Below, one piece after another: positions 51,001-63,311 of a stretch of DNA of 64,000 bases. The notes under the pieces are model-generated. The model saw only the letters and a program-made list of their open reading frames with translations, did not search any database and was not told the origin of the DNA. The DNA is from Azolla caroliniana (Eukaryota; Plantae; Polypodiophyta): the NCBI GenBank assembly GCA_043228905.1, contig JBHGNT010000014.1, positions 15,562,001-15,626,000 of the forward strand, read 5' to 3'. The position numbers and the translations under genes were made by a program. Every line of letters starts with the position of its first letter. Within the stretch, counting starts at the first letter, position 1.

Positions 51001-51513
51001 AGATACATCCAACAATGACTAAATTACAATGAGTTGGTTTATATACCAACTAAGCTAGGGCAAGCGCCCTTTCTACTATTTACACAACTAGCTTGGAGTG
51101 TCCATGAGCTAGTGTGAAACCTATCTATGGGAAGTTGAGTTCGATTCTCAACAAACTTAAAGTAGAAAACACGAACCTTCAGAAACAAGTTAAGGACCTT
51201 GAGACATCGAGGAAGTTGGTGAAATATTTTCCCTAAAGGATATTAAGGAAGAGATAAAAAAGGTTACAGAAGCGGTTAAAAGTGATATGGAATTGACAAA
51301 AACTGGGTGGGTTGATGTATTAAAAAGGAACTAAAGGATCGAAATATTGTAAACACTACCCTTGACGAGGAAAAAATGCGTCAAGCTCAATGCCTAAATG
51401 TACGAGTCATTGGGCTCAAGGAAGGAGCATCTCCCGACGACGATGCACAAACATTAGGGAAAATGATGGGGTACGAAGCCATACCAATCACTAAAACTTG
51501 TAGGGTAGGACGT

Positions 51514-51689
51514 TGTCGCGTTGTTACGTGCGTGCGTGGAGAAAGGCGGGACCACGGGGGTCTTGGACTAGGGAGCGACGGAGCGTAGGAAGTCGCACTT
51601 CACCGTTTCCGGGGCATCCCAAAAGCACACCTGAAGCATCCGAAGAGAGGGAGAGAGAGAGAGCGTGCTTAACACCGACTCACGCACAC

Positions 51690-51729
<40 letters not shown>

Positions 51730-54700
51730 CCCGACCCGACTCACGCCCTTATGCACAAAAAACGCAGGAAAGGGGAAACACCCGACACCAACAGAGACGT
51801 GGATATACACAGATAGACGCAAACGTATATATATAAACATATAGAGGAAGAATACATTCCCGGCTTCGAGCCGGCTGAGGTAGGTTACAGTAGTCGTTTG
51901 CTGCCAAGCCGTCGTCGGGGAGCTCACGGGCTCGTCGCGCCGAGCGGGGTCTTGCACAGGAGATGAGCTGAAGCAAACCCTAAGCGAACACGAAGGGGAA
52001 GAAGAAGAAGAAGAAACCTAACTCTAAACCTAACGGTATACCCTCTAATGAAAAAATGGGCAACCATTTCCCAAAGGGTGTTCCCTTCCTTTTATAGTAC
52101 AAGGAGAGGGATGCGTTACAATGTGGGACAAATCCCGCCTTACATGGGATCGTTTGCCCCGACTTGACTATTCTTCAGCGCCATAAAGGCGCCCTCGATA
52201 TTCACACTAAGTGTACATGGGTGCGTACACACGCTGCACCCCACCGATGTAGCCAATGTTTCCCGGTTTCCGCCTCTGGCTGAAATTCTTCACGACATCC
52301 GCCCCCACCTAACTGCACGTCCAGCAGTACGTGCCAAATCTGGTTGAAGGGTGAGAGATTTCGGCCGGCGAGAAACCGGTCTTCCGTGATCCGCATCCCG
52401 GCTCGCTGCCGGTTTGATCTGTCGGCTTCAAGTCTTCCCTCGCGCTCACCTCCCTGTAGGCTCGTTCGACCCGTCGATGGGTCCTCTGCCGCGATCTCCG
52501 TAGTACGCGTACTTCCGTTGGCCCCTTGTTGGGCCGTATGAACGCCCCGCTTCCCGCCGTATGCCCGATGTCCTCCATTTGAGGAACGCCCGTAGCGGCC
52601 CGCTTGGCCTCATTTGATAATTCGCGTCGTCCCGATTGCCGTCCCATGTCGTTTCGCGTTGCCCTCATCCTTTCTCCGCCACCTTCCTTCTCCATGGTCT
52701 TACATCGCCACGTCGGCCCGAACCGCCATGGTCTCGGGAACGGTGTGGAGGATCCCTGTCCGGCCTTCTCCGCGATACCTCCAAACCGCGCAACCGATCT
52801 CCGCGCTCGCCTTTCCGCTCCGGCACCTCCGTGTGCCACATACCCTCGTCCGTTGTTTGGCACCGCTTGTGCTGTACTCCGGTTCATTACACGCCTCGTC
52901 GGCCCCTTTCCCGGCCAGATCGTGCATCGCCGCTCACCCGCATACCAGTGTCCTTTGCGTCCGAGGAACACCCCTTAGTAGCCCGCTTGGCCCTTCCCGT
53001 CTTCGTGCTGCCGCGATAGGTCCTGAGTCTTCCGCTTGCTGTCATCCCCTCACCCCCACCAGCTCGTCATCCCGGCTTGCCGTGTCAGTCTTCGCTACTT
53101 CGACGGAGCTACCGAGATCTACGAAGCGAGTGTGGAGGATCCTCCTCCGGCCTCTCTTGCCATCCCCTGACTCCGACCCTGTGCAGTTCACTAGGCACTT
53201 GTCACCTCGTTCCCGGCACCTCCCTTGTGCCGTCTTCTGCTTCCTTCGTTCGGCCCCGCCCGCGCCGAACACCGTCCCGTAGTCACGCTCCGATCCGGCC
53301 CGCGATGGCCACTTGCGAGACTCTTGTTCTGTCCCAGGTGTGCCTTTCCGGCCTGACACACCTCCCCGTGTTTGCCCCTACCGGCTCCTTCCGAAACCTC
53401 GTGTTGTTGGGTCCCGTTCCCTGCTGCCACTGTCCTTCTCCCTCAGTCTCACGTTGCCACGTTGGCCGAACTGCCGGGGTCTTCGGATCGGTGTGAGGGT
53501 CCCATAGGACCGGACTCCGTGTCTATGCTGGCTGTAATTCAGGTGTCTTTTGTTTGAGTCCCTCCCGGACTCTCCTCGTGTCTTCCGCGTAGTCGGGTCC
53601 CGTTTCCCGCCGCCACCTTCCTTCTCCCTCGGTCTTACGTTGCCACGTTGGCCGAACAGCCGGGGTCTCCGGTTAAGTGTGGGGATCCCGTAGGACCGAA
53701 CTTCCTTACGCCCATTGCCTTCGTCACCTCGCCGCCACCATCAGTATCTTGGTCTTACGTCGACCGCGTTGCCGACTGCCGAAGTCTCTAGAACCGGTGT
53801 GAAGGATCCTCCGTAGGCCGCCGATCCGTAGCCCTTGCCTTCGTCACCTCGCCGCCACCGTCAGTATCTTGGTCTTACGTCGACCGCGTTGCCGACTGCC
53901 GAAGTCTCTAGAACCGGTGTGAAGGATCCTCCGTAGACCGCTCGTCCGTAGCCCCGACCCTGTCCCGAGTCGTCCTTTTCCGCATGTAAAAGAGGGCGGC
54001 TCGTCCCGCACCCTCTCCCGTATCGGCACCTCTATGCCGAATACGGCCTCGATCGAACGATCCACGACCGGATCACGCTCCATCCGTATCGGAATGACGA
54101 TCTCCTCGTGCTGCTTCTGTCCTTGGCCTCCTCGCAGGCCGTTTCCCATCCATCTTCGCTGGCATCGTGCCAGGACTCCTCGGTACCGCCATCCATCTCC
54201 TCGGTCTTACATGGGCATACGGGCCCGAATGCCGAGTTCTCCGGAATCGGGTCCGCGGGCTTTTGTCCATTCCTTCCCCGCATCGTCTCGCCGGTGATTC
54301 TTGCCCTTTCGCCGCCACCTTCCTCCGCTTGGGACTCACGTGGGCACTCGGGCCCGATTGCCATTGTCTCGGGAGCAAGTGTGGGAAGACACAAAGAATC
54401 GCACGTCCGTTTTGCGCCCATGTCCGTAGCCACCGACTCTTCGTGGTCGGCATTCGTCTTCTTACCGATCGCGCAAGCCCCGTCTGGGCTTGCTTCTCCA
54501 ATGACCGGGATCTCGGTCTGACACGCCCGAAACCGCTGGTCCCTACGTTCCGGTTCCGCGATATGTATCTCGGCCTCGTCCTTGGCCGTTCTATCTCCGC
54601 AAGTCGAGAGGGCGTTTCGTTCCGCACCTCTCCCGTGGTACCGTGGTACCGATCTTCCGCCGTCGTGTGGGGCAAGTCCGTCTTCTCGGTCTTTCGTCTT

Positions 54701-56254
54701 CCTCGAGCATCGCCTCGAGAGCTGCGTACGCCTCCGCAATCCTCGCCCCAACGCTGATCCTTGCCAACTCTCTTTGCCGTTCGGCCTCTTCCCGCTGTGA
54801 TGGCACGCCGTCGCGTACCTTCCTCTTAGCCTTCTCGGCTCGCTCGTTGTCCAGCCCTTGGCACACCCTTCCGACCTTCGACCAGTCCTCCGTAAGCCCA
54901 TTCGCACCGTCATCGTCTTCAAGCTCAATCCCAATGGCTTCCCGTTCCGTTCGGTCGATTGACCTGACGAACAAAAGGACTTTGTCTGCCCCCACCAAAC
55001 CTTGTTCCCGCTCCGGAGCCGAGCAAGCCGTCGCTCGAACTCTCGGAACGCCTTGGTCGCGCCCCGGTGGGTCTTTGCCGATGCTACCCACTGGTCGAAG
55101 TCGTGCCGTCCCCGGCTCTTCCGCCGTCCTCCGTATGCCTTCAGGAGCGCCTCTTCGAAGGCCTCCCACGAACTATGAGCCTCACGGAGCTCCTTTACTT
55201 CCTCATGCATCCGGACAGCTATGACCTGGCAGAAGAACTCGTCTACGCCACGCTCCTCCATTTCCGCGTTGTAGGCTTCCAAGTAAGATGGGACTTTGTC
55301 CCCGTTGAAACGACCGACTCTTTCGACCACTCGCTCAACCGCTTGTTGCGTTGCTTCTCAACTCATCACCACTCGTGCCGACTCCAACACCACTTCGGCC
55401 ACCATCTCCGCAAGTTCATCGTCTTCCGACTCCATCCTCCCTTGCCGCCTTTCACGTCGGGTTCACCAAAGATGTCGCATTGTTACGCGCGTGCGTGGAG
55501 AAAGGCGGGACAACGGGGGTCTTGGACTAGGGAGCGACGGAGCGTAGGAAGTCGCACTTCACCGTTTCCGGGGCATCCCAAAAGCACACCCAAAGCATCC
55601 GAAGAGAGGGAGAGAGAGAGAGAGCGTGCTTAACACCGACTCACGCACACACACGCACACACACACACGCACACACGCACACACAACCCGACCCAACTCA
55701 CGCCCTTATGCACAGAAAACGCAGGAAAGGGGAAACACCCGACACCAACAGAGACGTGGATATACACAGACAGACGCAAACGTATATATATAAACATATA
55801 GAGGAAGAATACATTCCCGGCTTCGAGCCGGTTGAGGTAGGTTACAGTAGTTGTCTGCTGCCAAGCCGCCGTCGGGGAGCTCACGGGCTCGTCGCGCCGA
55901 GCGGGGTCTTGCACAGGAGATGAGCTGAAGCAAACCCTAAGCGAACACGAAGGGGAAGAAGAAGAAGAAGAAACCTAACTCTAAACCTAACGGTATACCC
56001 TCTAATAAAAAAATGGGCAACCATTTCCCAAAGGGTGTTCCCTTCCTTTTATAGTACAAGGAGAGGGATGCGTTACAATGTGGGACAAATCCCGCCTTAC
56101 ATGGGATCGTTTGCCCCGACTTGACTATTCTTCAGCGCCATAAAGGCGCCCTCGATATTCACACTAAGTGTACATGGGTGTGTACACACGCTGCACCCCG
56201 CCGATGTAGCCAATGTTTCCCGGTTTCCGCCTCTGGCTGAAATTCTTCACGACA
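51514..56254 (-). mobile_element. Non-autonomous Gypsy-derived LTR element (TR-GAG/LARD-like); LTRs 55473-56254 and 51514-52297, TSD ACGT, tRNA-Trp PBS
   Basis: ~783-bp LTR pair; TSD 51510-51513/56255-56258; frameshifted gag N-terminus (VGRFNGDKVPSYLEAYNAEM...GLTEDW); no RT/RH/INT recognised; GC-rich interior. Confidence 0.9.
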
Positions 56255-57508
56255 ACGTGACACCACTAGAAAAAGAGCTTTGGTCCTTCAGTTTAGGGAC
56301 TCAGATTTTCTTAAAAGAGACCAATTCTTCGAGGATTGGGCGGGGACCCCATCTACCTCAATGAAGACCTGATCAAGATGCAAATTGAGCATCGTAAAAC
56401 TTGTATGTCGCGAGTCATACAAGTTCGTAAAGAGGGGAATCATGCTTTTTACCGAGACGGACGTGGGATAATAAATTATCACACCACCAATTGATGGTGT
56501 GTGGCCCATGTGACAGACAATAAACTTAGGATGACTTTATGGAAATGTAATGGTGCACTTTGGACACACCTTGGCCGTCTAGAGGAGATTTTGAAGGTAT
56601 CTGACATACTTTTTTTAATAGAAACACATCAGAGTCCAAATCGAAGACTATCACGAGTTGATGGTTTTCGTTGGGAATCTGTCTTTAGACAAACCTCACG
56701 TCGACACACTACTAGAGGATTTGGAGGGGTTGCTATACTATTTCAGAGAGAGATACATAATAGGATAGAAATACTAAAGATAGACCCAGAAGCCTGTTTT
56801 ATGTGGGTGAAAGTCCTCACTAGCAAGGATCATGCGATATTTATTGTTGTTTGTTACTTCCCCCCGAAAGGATCCCGGTATAATATGGTTGTAGAGGCGA
56901 GTATAGTTGATGAAGGAACACCACATGGGCCTTCTCCATACGAATCTTTATCGGGTGACATAATCCGATATTCTTGTCAAGGGGAAGTCTTCCTTGTAGG
57001 AGATTTCAATGCCAGAACCCAATCCTGACAATGCACAATATTTCAGATGGATAGAAACCTGGAAATGGTGAATGTCGACCCTTTAGCCTTAGACATAACA
57101 CGTACATCAAAGGATCAAGGTGTGGACGCCATAAGCTTTGGCCATCATCTGCTTGAATTTGGAAGCTGGGTGAAAGCATGCGAGTGGAAACAATTAGCTA
57201 TGTCCTTGACATAGCTAATTAGCTATGCAAAAAGCTACCATTGATAAATAGTCATTTTAGTAAAAAGCCATCATTAATAAATTAAGTATGCAAAAAACTA
57301 CCATTGAAAATACTAGAGTGTTTTAATTACATATGTAAATGAGTGCCATAAATGTGCAACATAAATTGATGTGTGCACCATAAATTATATATCGAATTCC
57401 TAGGTCCATTATGCATGATCCTTTGCCACATCACGTAGGCCATCTCTAGTTGAGTACTGTGGGTTAGTTGCTACCACTGTTGCTAAACCCTATCGAGTCC
57501 ACCTGCCG

Positions 57509-58380
57509 CCACTCTACACTGAGGGGCTGCTACTGTGCGTTCCAAGCATCATCAAAGAGCTGCTCAATCTGACGGGGTTCTCTTCTCTGTGACACTCTAC
57601 ACTCAGGGGCCACTATTGTGCATTCCAAGCATCATCAAAGAGCTGTTCAATCTGAGGGGGTTCTCTTCTCTGTGCCACTCTACACTCAGGGGCCATTACT
57701 GTGCGTTCCAAGCATCATCAAAGAGCTGTTCAATCTGAGGGGGTTCTCTTCTCTGTGCCACTCTACACTCAGGGGCCATTACTGTGCGTTCCAAGCATCA
57801 TCAAAGAGCTGTTCAATCTGAGGGGGTTCTCTTATCTGTGCCACTCTACACTCAGGGGCCGCTGCTGTGCGTTCCAAGCATCATCAAAGAGTTGTTCAAT
57901 CTGACGGGGTTCTCTTCTCTTTGCCACTCTACACTCAGGGGTTGCTACTGTGCGTTCCAAGCATAATCGAAGAGCTATTCAATCTGACGGGGTTCTCTTC
58001 TCTTTTCCACTCTCACTCAGGGGCCGCTACTGTGCGTTTCAAGCATCATTGGTAACTGTTCAATCTGACGGGGTTCTCTTCTCTTTTCCACTCTCACTCA
58101 GGGGCCGCTACTGTGCGTTTCAAGCATCATTGGTAACTGTTCAATCTGACGGGGTTCTCTTCTCTATGCCACTCTATTCTCAAGTGCCTTCTATGTGCGT
58201 TTCAAGCATCATCGGTAACTGTTCAATCTGACGGGGTTCTCTCCTCCATTGCCATCATTCTATACTCAGTTGCCACTACTGTCCAGTCCCGGATTGCTTC
58301 CACATTTCGATTTGACGGAGTTCACTCATCCAACGGCAACATTCTACACTCAGTTGTTGCCATTGGTCGGTCTTGGATCG
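57509..58380 (+). repeat. 83-bp (then ~80-bp) tandem satellite, ~9-10 copies, decaying rightwards
   Basis: CCACTCTACACTCAGGGGCC...TTCCAAGCATCATCAAAGAGCTGTTCAATCTGA(C/G)GGGGTTCTCTTCTCT; ORF-track starts recur every 83 bp. Confidence 0.95.
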
Positions 58381-58577
58381 CCTCCTCAACTGTTGGATCC
58401 AACAGAGTGAAATCCTCTACTGTTCGGTCTTGGATTGCAATAACTTTTCTGTCTATTGATTATCTTGTGTATTGTTGTGTCTAATCTTGTGTATTGTGTG
58501 GAATATTTTTGTGTATTGTTGTTGCCCATAGCCATCTTTAATACTTGTTTTTTTTTCTGGAAATTTAGGGTTTTAAC

Positions 58578-61500
58578 ATGTCTAGCCAAATGGAAGGGGA
58601 AGAAGGGTGTTTAGAATTACCCCTCAATGATCATAAGGATAGGGATGATGTTATCAGGACACAACAAGCCATACGAAACTATTGGGCAGATAAAAAAAGG
58701 AAACATCGTCAATTGTTGAAGGATACGAAAGCCACACTCAGTAAAGGTAAGGATAGTTTAGATGAGAATGTAAGTAATGCGACTACCATCATAGAGAGAA
58801 AGGTTGTAGACTATTTCAATGTTCAAACCAAGCACATCAGCAATGAAGAAAAGAAGGTAGTACTTTATGGAATATGTAATGATCCATCGATAAAGGACTT
58901 AGTTGATTGTGATGGTCTTAATGCAAACATATCATCTATTTTAGTAAATAATCTTCGTAATAGTTTCGTATCCATGAGCAGGTCAGAAGATGATCTTGTC
59001 TTAAAAAGGTCTAGTCTAATGATGTTACTTAATAGTGATGTTGACGATATAAACATTAGTGAGCTATCTAAGGTAATTGGTGTTAGTAGAAAAACAGTGT
59101 ACAATACAATGAACCGTATAATTTCCTCGGGTGAAGGAACTAGTCTACTAAAGCTAACTACAAGATGTAAGCCAATGACACCCATAACATTTGAAATCAA
59201 GGATGTAATCACAATGTTTTGGACTAATGAGAGTAGGGTTTCACCCAATAAAAAGGATTTATGCAGGAAACGTGTTGGAAGAAATCAATACGAGGAGCAT
59301 CCCATTCATCTTCTTGATGTACCTCAGGTATTTACATTTATCTCAACATTTGTTTTGACTCTACTCGGAAAGTTAATTAGCTCAGTTAGCAGAAAAGCTA
59401 ATTAGCTTATCAGTTACATTTACCTCAGTTAGCTACTAGGATCGCTACTACATAGGTAACTAGCTACTCTCAATAGTTACAACCAGGATAGCTAATTAGC
59501 TATTCTCAATAGCTAATTTAGGTACTACCAGATAATTAGCTGTACTGCTAGCTAGTTAGCTATCATGGTAGCTAGTTAGCTATTTCGTTATTACCAGCTA
59601 ATTAGCTACTAGGAAAGCTAATTAGCTACCATGATAGCTAATTAGCTACTATGATAGCTACTACATAGGTAACTGGCTACTCTCAATGGCTACTACCATG
59701 ATAGCTAATTAGTTAGGATAGCTAATTAGCCACCATTATAGCTAATTAGCTACTAGACTAGCTAATTAGCTACCACGATAGCTAATTAGCTACTAGACCA
59801 GCTAATTAGCTACCATGATAGCTAATTAGTTACTAGGAAAGCTAATTAGCCACCATGATAGCTAATTAGCTAGTAGACAAGCTAATTAGCTACCATGATA
59901 GCTAATTAGCTACTAGGACAACTAATTAGCTACTAGGACAGCTAATTAGCTACTAGACTAGCTAATTAGCTACCACGATAGCTAATTAGCTACTAGACCA
60001 GCTAATTAGCTACCATGATAGCTAATTAGTTACTAGGAAAGCTAATTAGCCACCATGATAGCTAATTAGCTAGTAGACAAGCTAATTAGCCACCATGATA
60101 GCTAATTAGCTACTAGGACAACTAATTAGCTACTAGGATAGCTAATTAGCTACTAGAATAGCTAATTAGCTACTAGAATAGCTAATTAGCTACTAGAATA
60201 GCTAATTAGCTACCATGATAGCTAATTAGCTACTACGACAGCTAATTAGCTACCATGATAGCTAATTAGCTACTAGAATAGCTAATTAGCTACTAGAATA
60301 GCTAATTAGCTACCATGATAGCTAATTAGCTACTACGACAGCTAATTAGCTACCATGATAGCTAATTAGCTACTAGAATAGCTAATTAGCTACCATGATA
60401 GCTAATTAGCTACTAGAATAGCTAATTAGCTACCATGATAGCTAATTAGCTACTACGACAGCTAATTAGCTACCATGATAGCTAATTAGCTACTAGGACA
60501 ACCAATTAGCTACTAGGACAGCTAATTAGCTACCATGATAGCTAATTAGCTACTACGACAGCTAATTAGCTACCATGATAGCTAATTAGCTACTAGAATA
60601 GCTAATTAGCTACCATGATAGCTAATTAGCTACTACGACAGCTAATTAACTACCATGATAGCTAATTAGCTACTAGGACAACTAATTAGCTACCATGATA
60701 GCTAATTAGCTACTAGAATAGCTAACTAGTTACTAGAATAGCTAACTAGCTACTAGAATAGCTAATTAGCTACTAGGATAGTTAGCTAGTTACGAGAATA
60801 ACTAATTCCCCTTTATTACGCAGGTCGATTTATTTATTAGGTTCAAACGAATGCATCCAACTATCAAAGTTCAACTACGAACATTCGAGTCTCTTAAGCC
60901 ACACTTTGTGAGACGCTTAAAGGATCGATACACATGTTGTTGCATTTACCATGTACAGATGGGTTTTCTGAAGGACTCTGTTAATCTACTACGTCACCAT
61001 AGCGCATCCCTAACTAATACAGTTTGCACATGTGGGTGCCAAATCTGTCGATCAAGCCCGCAAGAGGAGTGTAAATCATCTGAGCACGTTATCTCTTCCA
61101 TGAGTTATTTATTAGATTCAATATTGTGTCCGAGAGAATCTGACGCTATCTTCCATATTCATAAATGTGTCATGGGTTTATGTCAAGATTGTGGCCCTAC
61201 TAGATTTAGGTGGTGTCCAAATGAATTGAGTAGTGAAATATTGATCTCTGTGAAGTTATTTGAGTCAGTGAACACCAATTTCGAAGGAAAGGTATGTAAA
61301 AGAAAGGATCTAGTTCGGAAGATGCTTAAACCAAGGGATTTGGTGTCTCTGTTTGTAGTATCTCTAGGAAAGTTCATTAAACACAACTTCATTTATTCAT
61401 GGCAGGCCCATCAGTTTAAGACTTGCATATCTGATTTCCCAAATGATGTAGTAGTCTCAGTAGTAGATTTCGCAGAGAATTATACTTTCAAGCAGCAGAA

Positions 61501-62665
61501 TGAAATTCAATCTATGCATTGGTGTTCAGTTCAGGTAACCATTTTTGTGCACATAACATATTTTCGAGTTTCAGGTGATGTTAAAAAAGTAATTCATTTC
61601 TTTATTTCCGATGATAAGAAGCATGATACCTTGTTCGTCCAACACTGTTTTAAGTTACATTGGCAGTGGTTATTAGCTCAACGTTTGGAGCTTACTCAAC
61701 ATTGGGTCTGGTCTGACGGAGCTGCGTCACAATTCAAGGCTCGACGTCCATTTTATTTTGTGGGGAGGTATCCTGCTATAACAGGTTTGGAGATGAGATG
61801 GAATTTTTTTGGGTCTGGCCATGGTAAAGGTGAACATGATGGTGCAGGGGCTGTTATAAAGCGGGCACTTACCCATGAACAACTAAAGACAGATGGTGTG
61901 CACATGAATTGTGCATCACATGTAGTTGAATTTTTAAGAACAAATATGTCGACGAGTGCCACAGGTGTTTATTCCTCGCAAGTTCGAGATATCAAACGTG
62001 AATTTTGGGAAGTGAAGATAGATGAAGTAAATAGGGAGAAGACCTGGGAGTGCCAAGGAATTCCCGAATTGCGATCTCTGCATGCTGTTCGCGGTTATTC
62101 CAGGTTGGATGGTCATTGTATTGCGGTTAGAGAATTGACTTGTTTTTGCTTCCATTGTGTGCAGGGAAATTGGAGATATTGTCTAAACAAAGCATACATT
62201 CAGAATTGGGAGTATCACACTCTGAATGATAAGGAAGCAGTTGATGGAGAAACAGGGCAGAATGCTGACTTCACATATGAGGGACTTGGAGATACTTTGA
62301 GTGATGTCCTGAACGTTGGGGATAACTTCGCTGTAAATGCTGAAGAAGGCAATTCAGAGGGTGCTGATTTCTATATATTAAAGTGCACGGTTAGTAAACA
62401 GTGTGCAAGGCAGAATATTGTAGATGCATGGGGAAATTTTGTATCTGCCGGGACATTCTACATCGAAGGCATTTTTTATGCAAAACTAGATGACTACGAA
62501 TATGTGTACAGGCTGTTAGAAGACAAACCAGCAGCGTATATGTACTCTCATTTGGTCAGATGCATCAACGTCCCAATGTCAGAATACAATAGCTGCCCCG
62601 GTTTATACACTGTTGGTGCTAATGTGTATGAATGTATTTACAATAGTATGCCATGGAATTTGTAG
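58578..62665 (+). CDS. Spliced transposase, join(58578..59327,60824..62665), 863 aa
   Basis: Donor CAG|GTATTT at 59327, branch ACTAAT at 60801, acceptor CAG| at 60823, phase 0 and in frame (…LDVPQ|VDLFIRFKRMHP…). HTH (ISELSKVIGVSRKTVY), Cys clusters (TCCCIYH, CTCGCQIC, CQDC), catalytic-like VDFAENY / WSDGAASQFK / GHGKGEHDG, C-terminal CFCFHC. Confidence 0.85.
59375..60800. repeat. Intronic minisatellite of 20-bp units: palindrome GCTAATTAGC + 10-bp linker
   Basis: 51 units in exact 20-bp register from 59761 to 60780, with degenerate units on both sides; a 200-bp higher-order repeat at 59741-59940/59941-60140. Confidence 0.97.
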
Positions 62666-63136
62666 CTACAAGTAGCACTTACCATGTTCTCTTGTAAAAC
62701 AAACATGTATTTCGCGAAAACAGATCAATAAATTCGTTTGGAATCAATTTCTTGTATACAGTCTGCTTTCTGTGCTTCTTTCTCAATAAAATCATGTCTT
62801 TTTTGTTAAGTTTTAAGTTATAAGTTATAGCGAAATAGTCATCAGTAGCTAATTAGCTGTACAAATGCAGCTAATTAGCTGTACAAATGTATTTACAATA
62901 GTATGCCATGGAATTTGTAGCTACAAGTAGCACTTACCATGTTCTCTTGTAAAACAAACATGTATTTCGCGAAAACAGATCAATAAATTCGTTTGGAATC
63001 AATTTCTTGTATACAGTCTGCTTTCTGTGCTTCTTTCTCAATAAAATCATGTCTTTTTTGTTAAGTTTTAAGTTATAAGTTATAGCGAAATAGTCATCAG
63101 TAGCTAATTAGCTGTACAAATGCAGCTAATTAGCTG
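62631..63136 (+). repeat. 255-bp direct duplication of the transposase stop codon and 3' UTR
   Basis: AATGTATTTACAATAGTATGCCATGG... starts at 62631 and 62886. Confidence 0.93.
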
Positions 63137-63311
63137 ACCAAATGCAGCTAATTAGCTGTACAAATGTAGCTAATTAGCTGTCAATAGCTAAATAGTCATC
63201 AATAGAATGAAATCAACAATCTGCAACATATTCCTCAAATTACATAGTAGATAAGTACAGTGGGAACAAGTAATTAAATTCTTCATTGAATAATGTCATC
63301 TCTTTACATAT

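Larger units (their letters stand above)
33562..51153 (-). mobile_element. Ty1/copia element; LTRs 50876-51153 (5') and 33562-33903 (3'), TSD AACTT; hosts two Gypsy insertions
   Basis: LTR pair; TSD 33557-33561/51154-51158; tRNA-iMet PBS at ~50865-50875; gag-PR-INT 49035-50775, INT-RT-RH 39584-41543, RH end 33990-34330. Confidence 0.95.
33100..57167 (+). mobile_element. LINE of the 19-22 kb family with ORF1 and the endonuclease start, split by a Copia (33562-51153) and an LTR element (51514-56254), and truncated by the DNA transposon at 57168
   Basis: Coiled-coil ORF1 33388-33561 resumes at 51154 (…IAEKVKL|KVENTNLQ…NVRVIGLKE…RVGR|DTTRKRALVLQF). ORF2 at 56501-57167 is closely similar to 19140-19655. 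Confidence 0.8.

Noticed and set aside
52300-54700. Long overlapping ORFs as env-like or cargo genes
   Set aside because: GC-rich, stop-poor sequence open in many frames; no recognisable domain or transmembrane pattern
57535-58231. Series of similar 60-90 aa ORFs
   Set aside because: Artefact of the 83-bp tandem repeat with non-ATG starts
58578-59405. Independent 275-aa gene separate from the 604-aa ORF
   Set aside because: Canonical in-frame splice sites join them into one transposase; 275 aa is only the intron-retained form
59375-60800. CRISPR-like repeat-spacer array
   Set aside because: Units are only 20 bp, the 'spacers' are a few recurring variants, there are no cas genes, and the array lies in a eukaryotic intron
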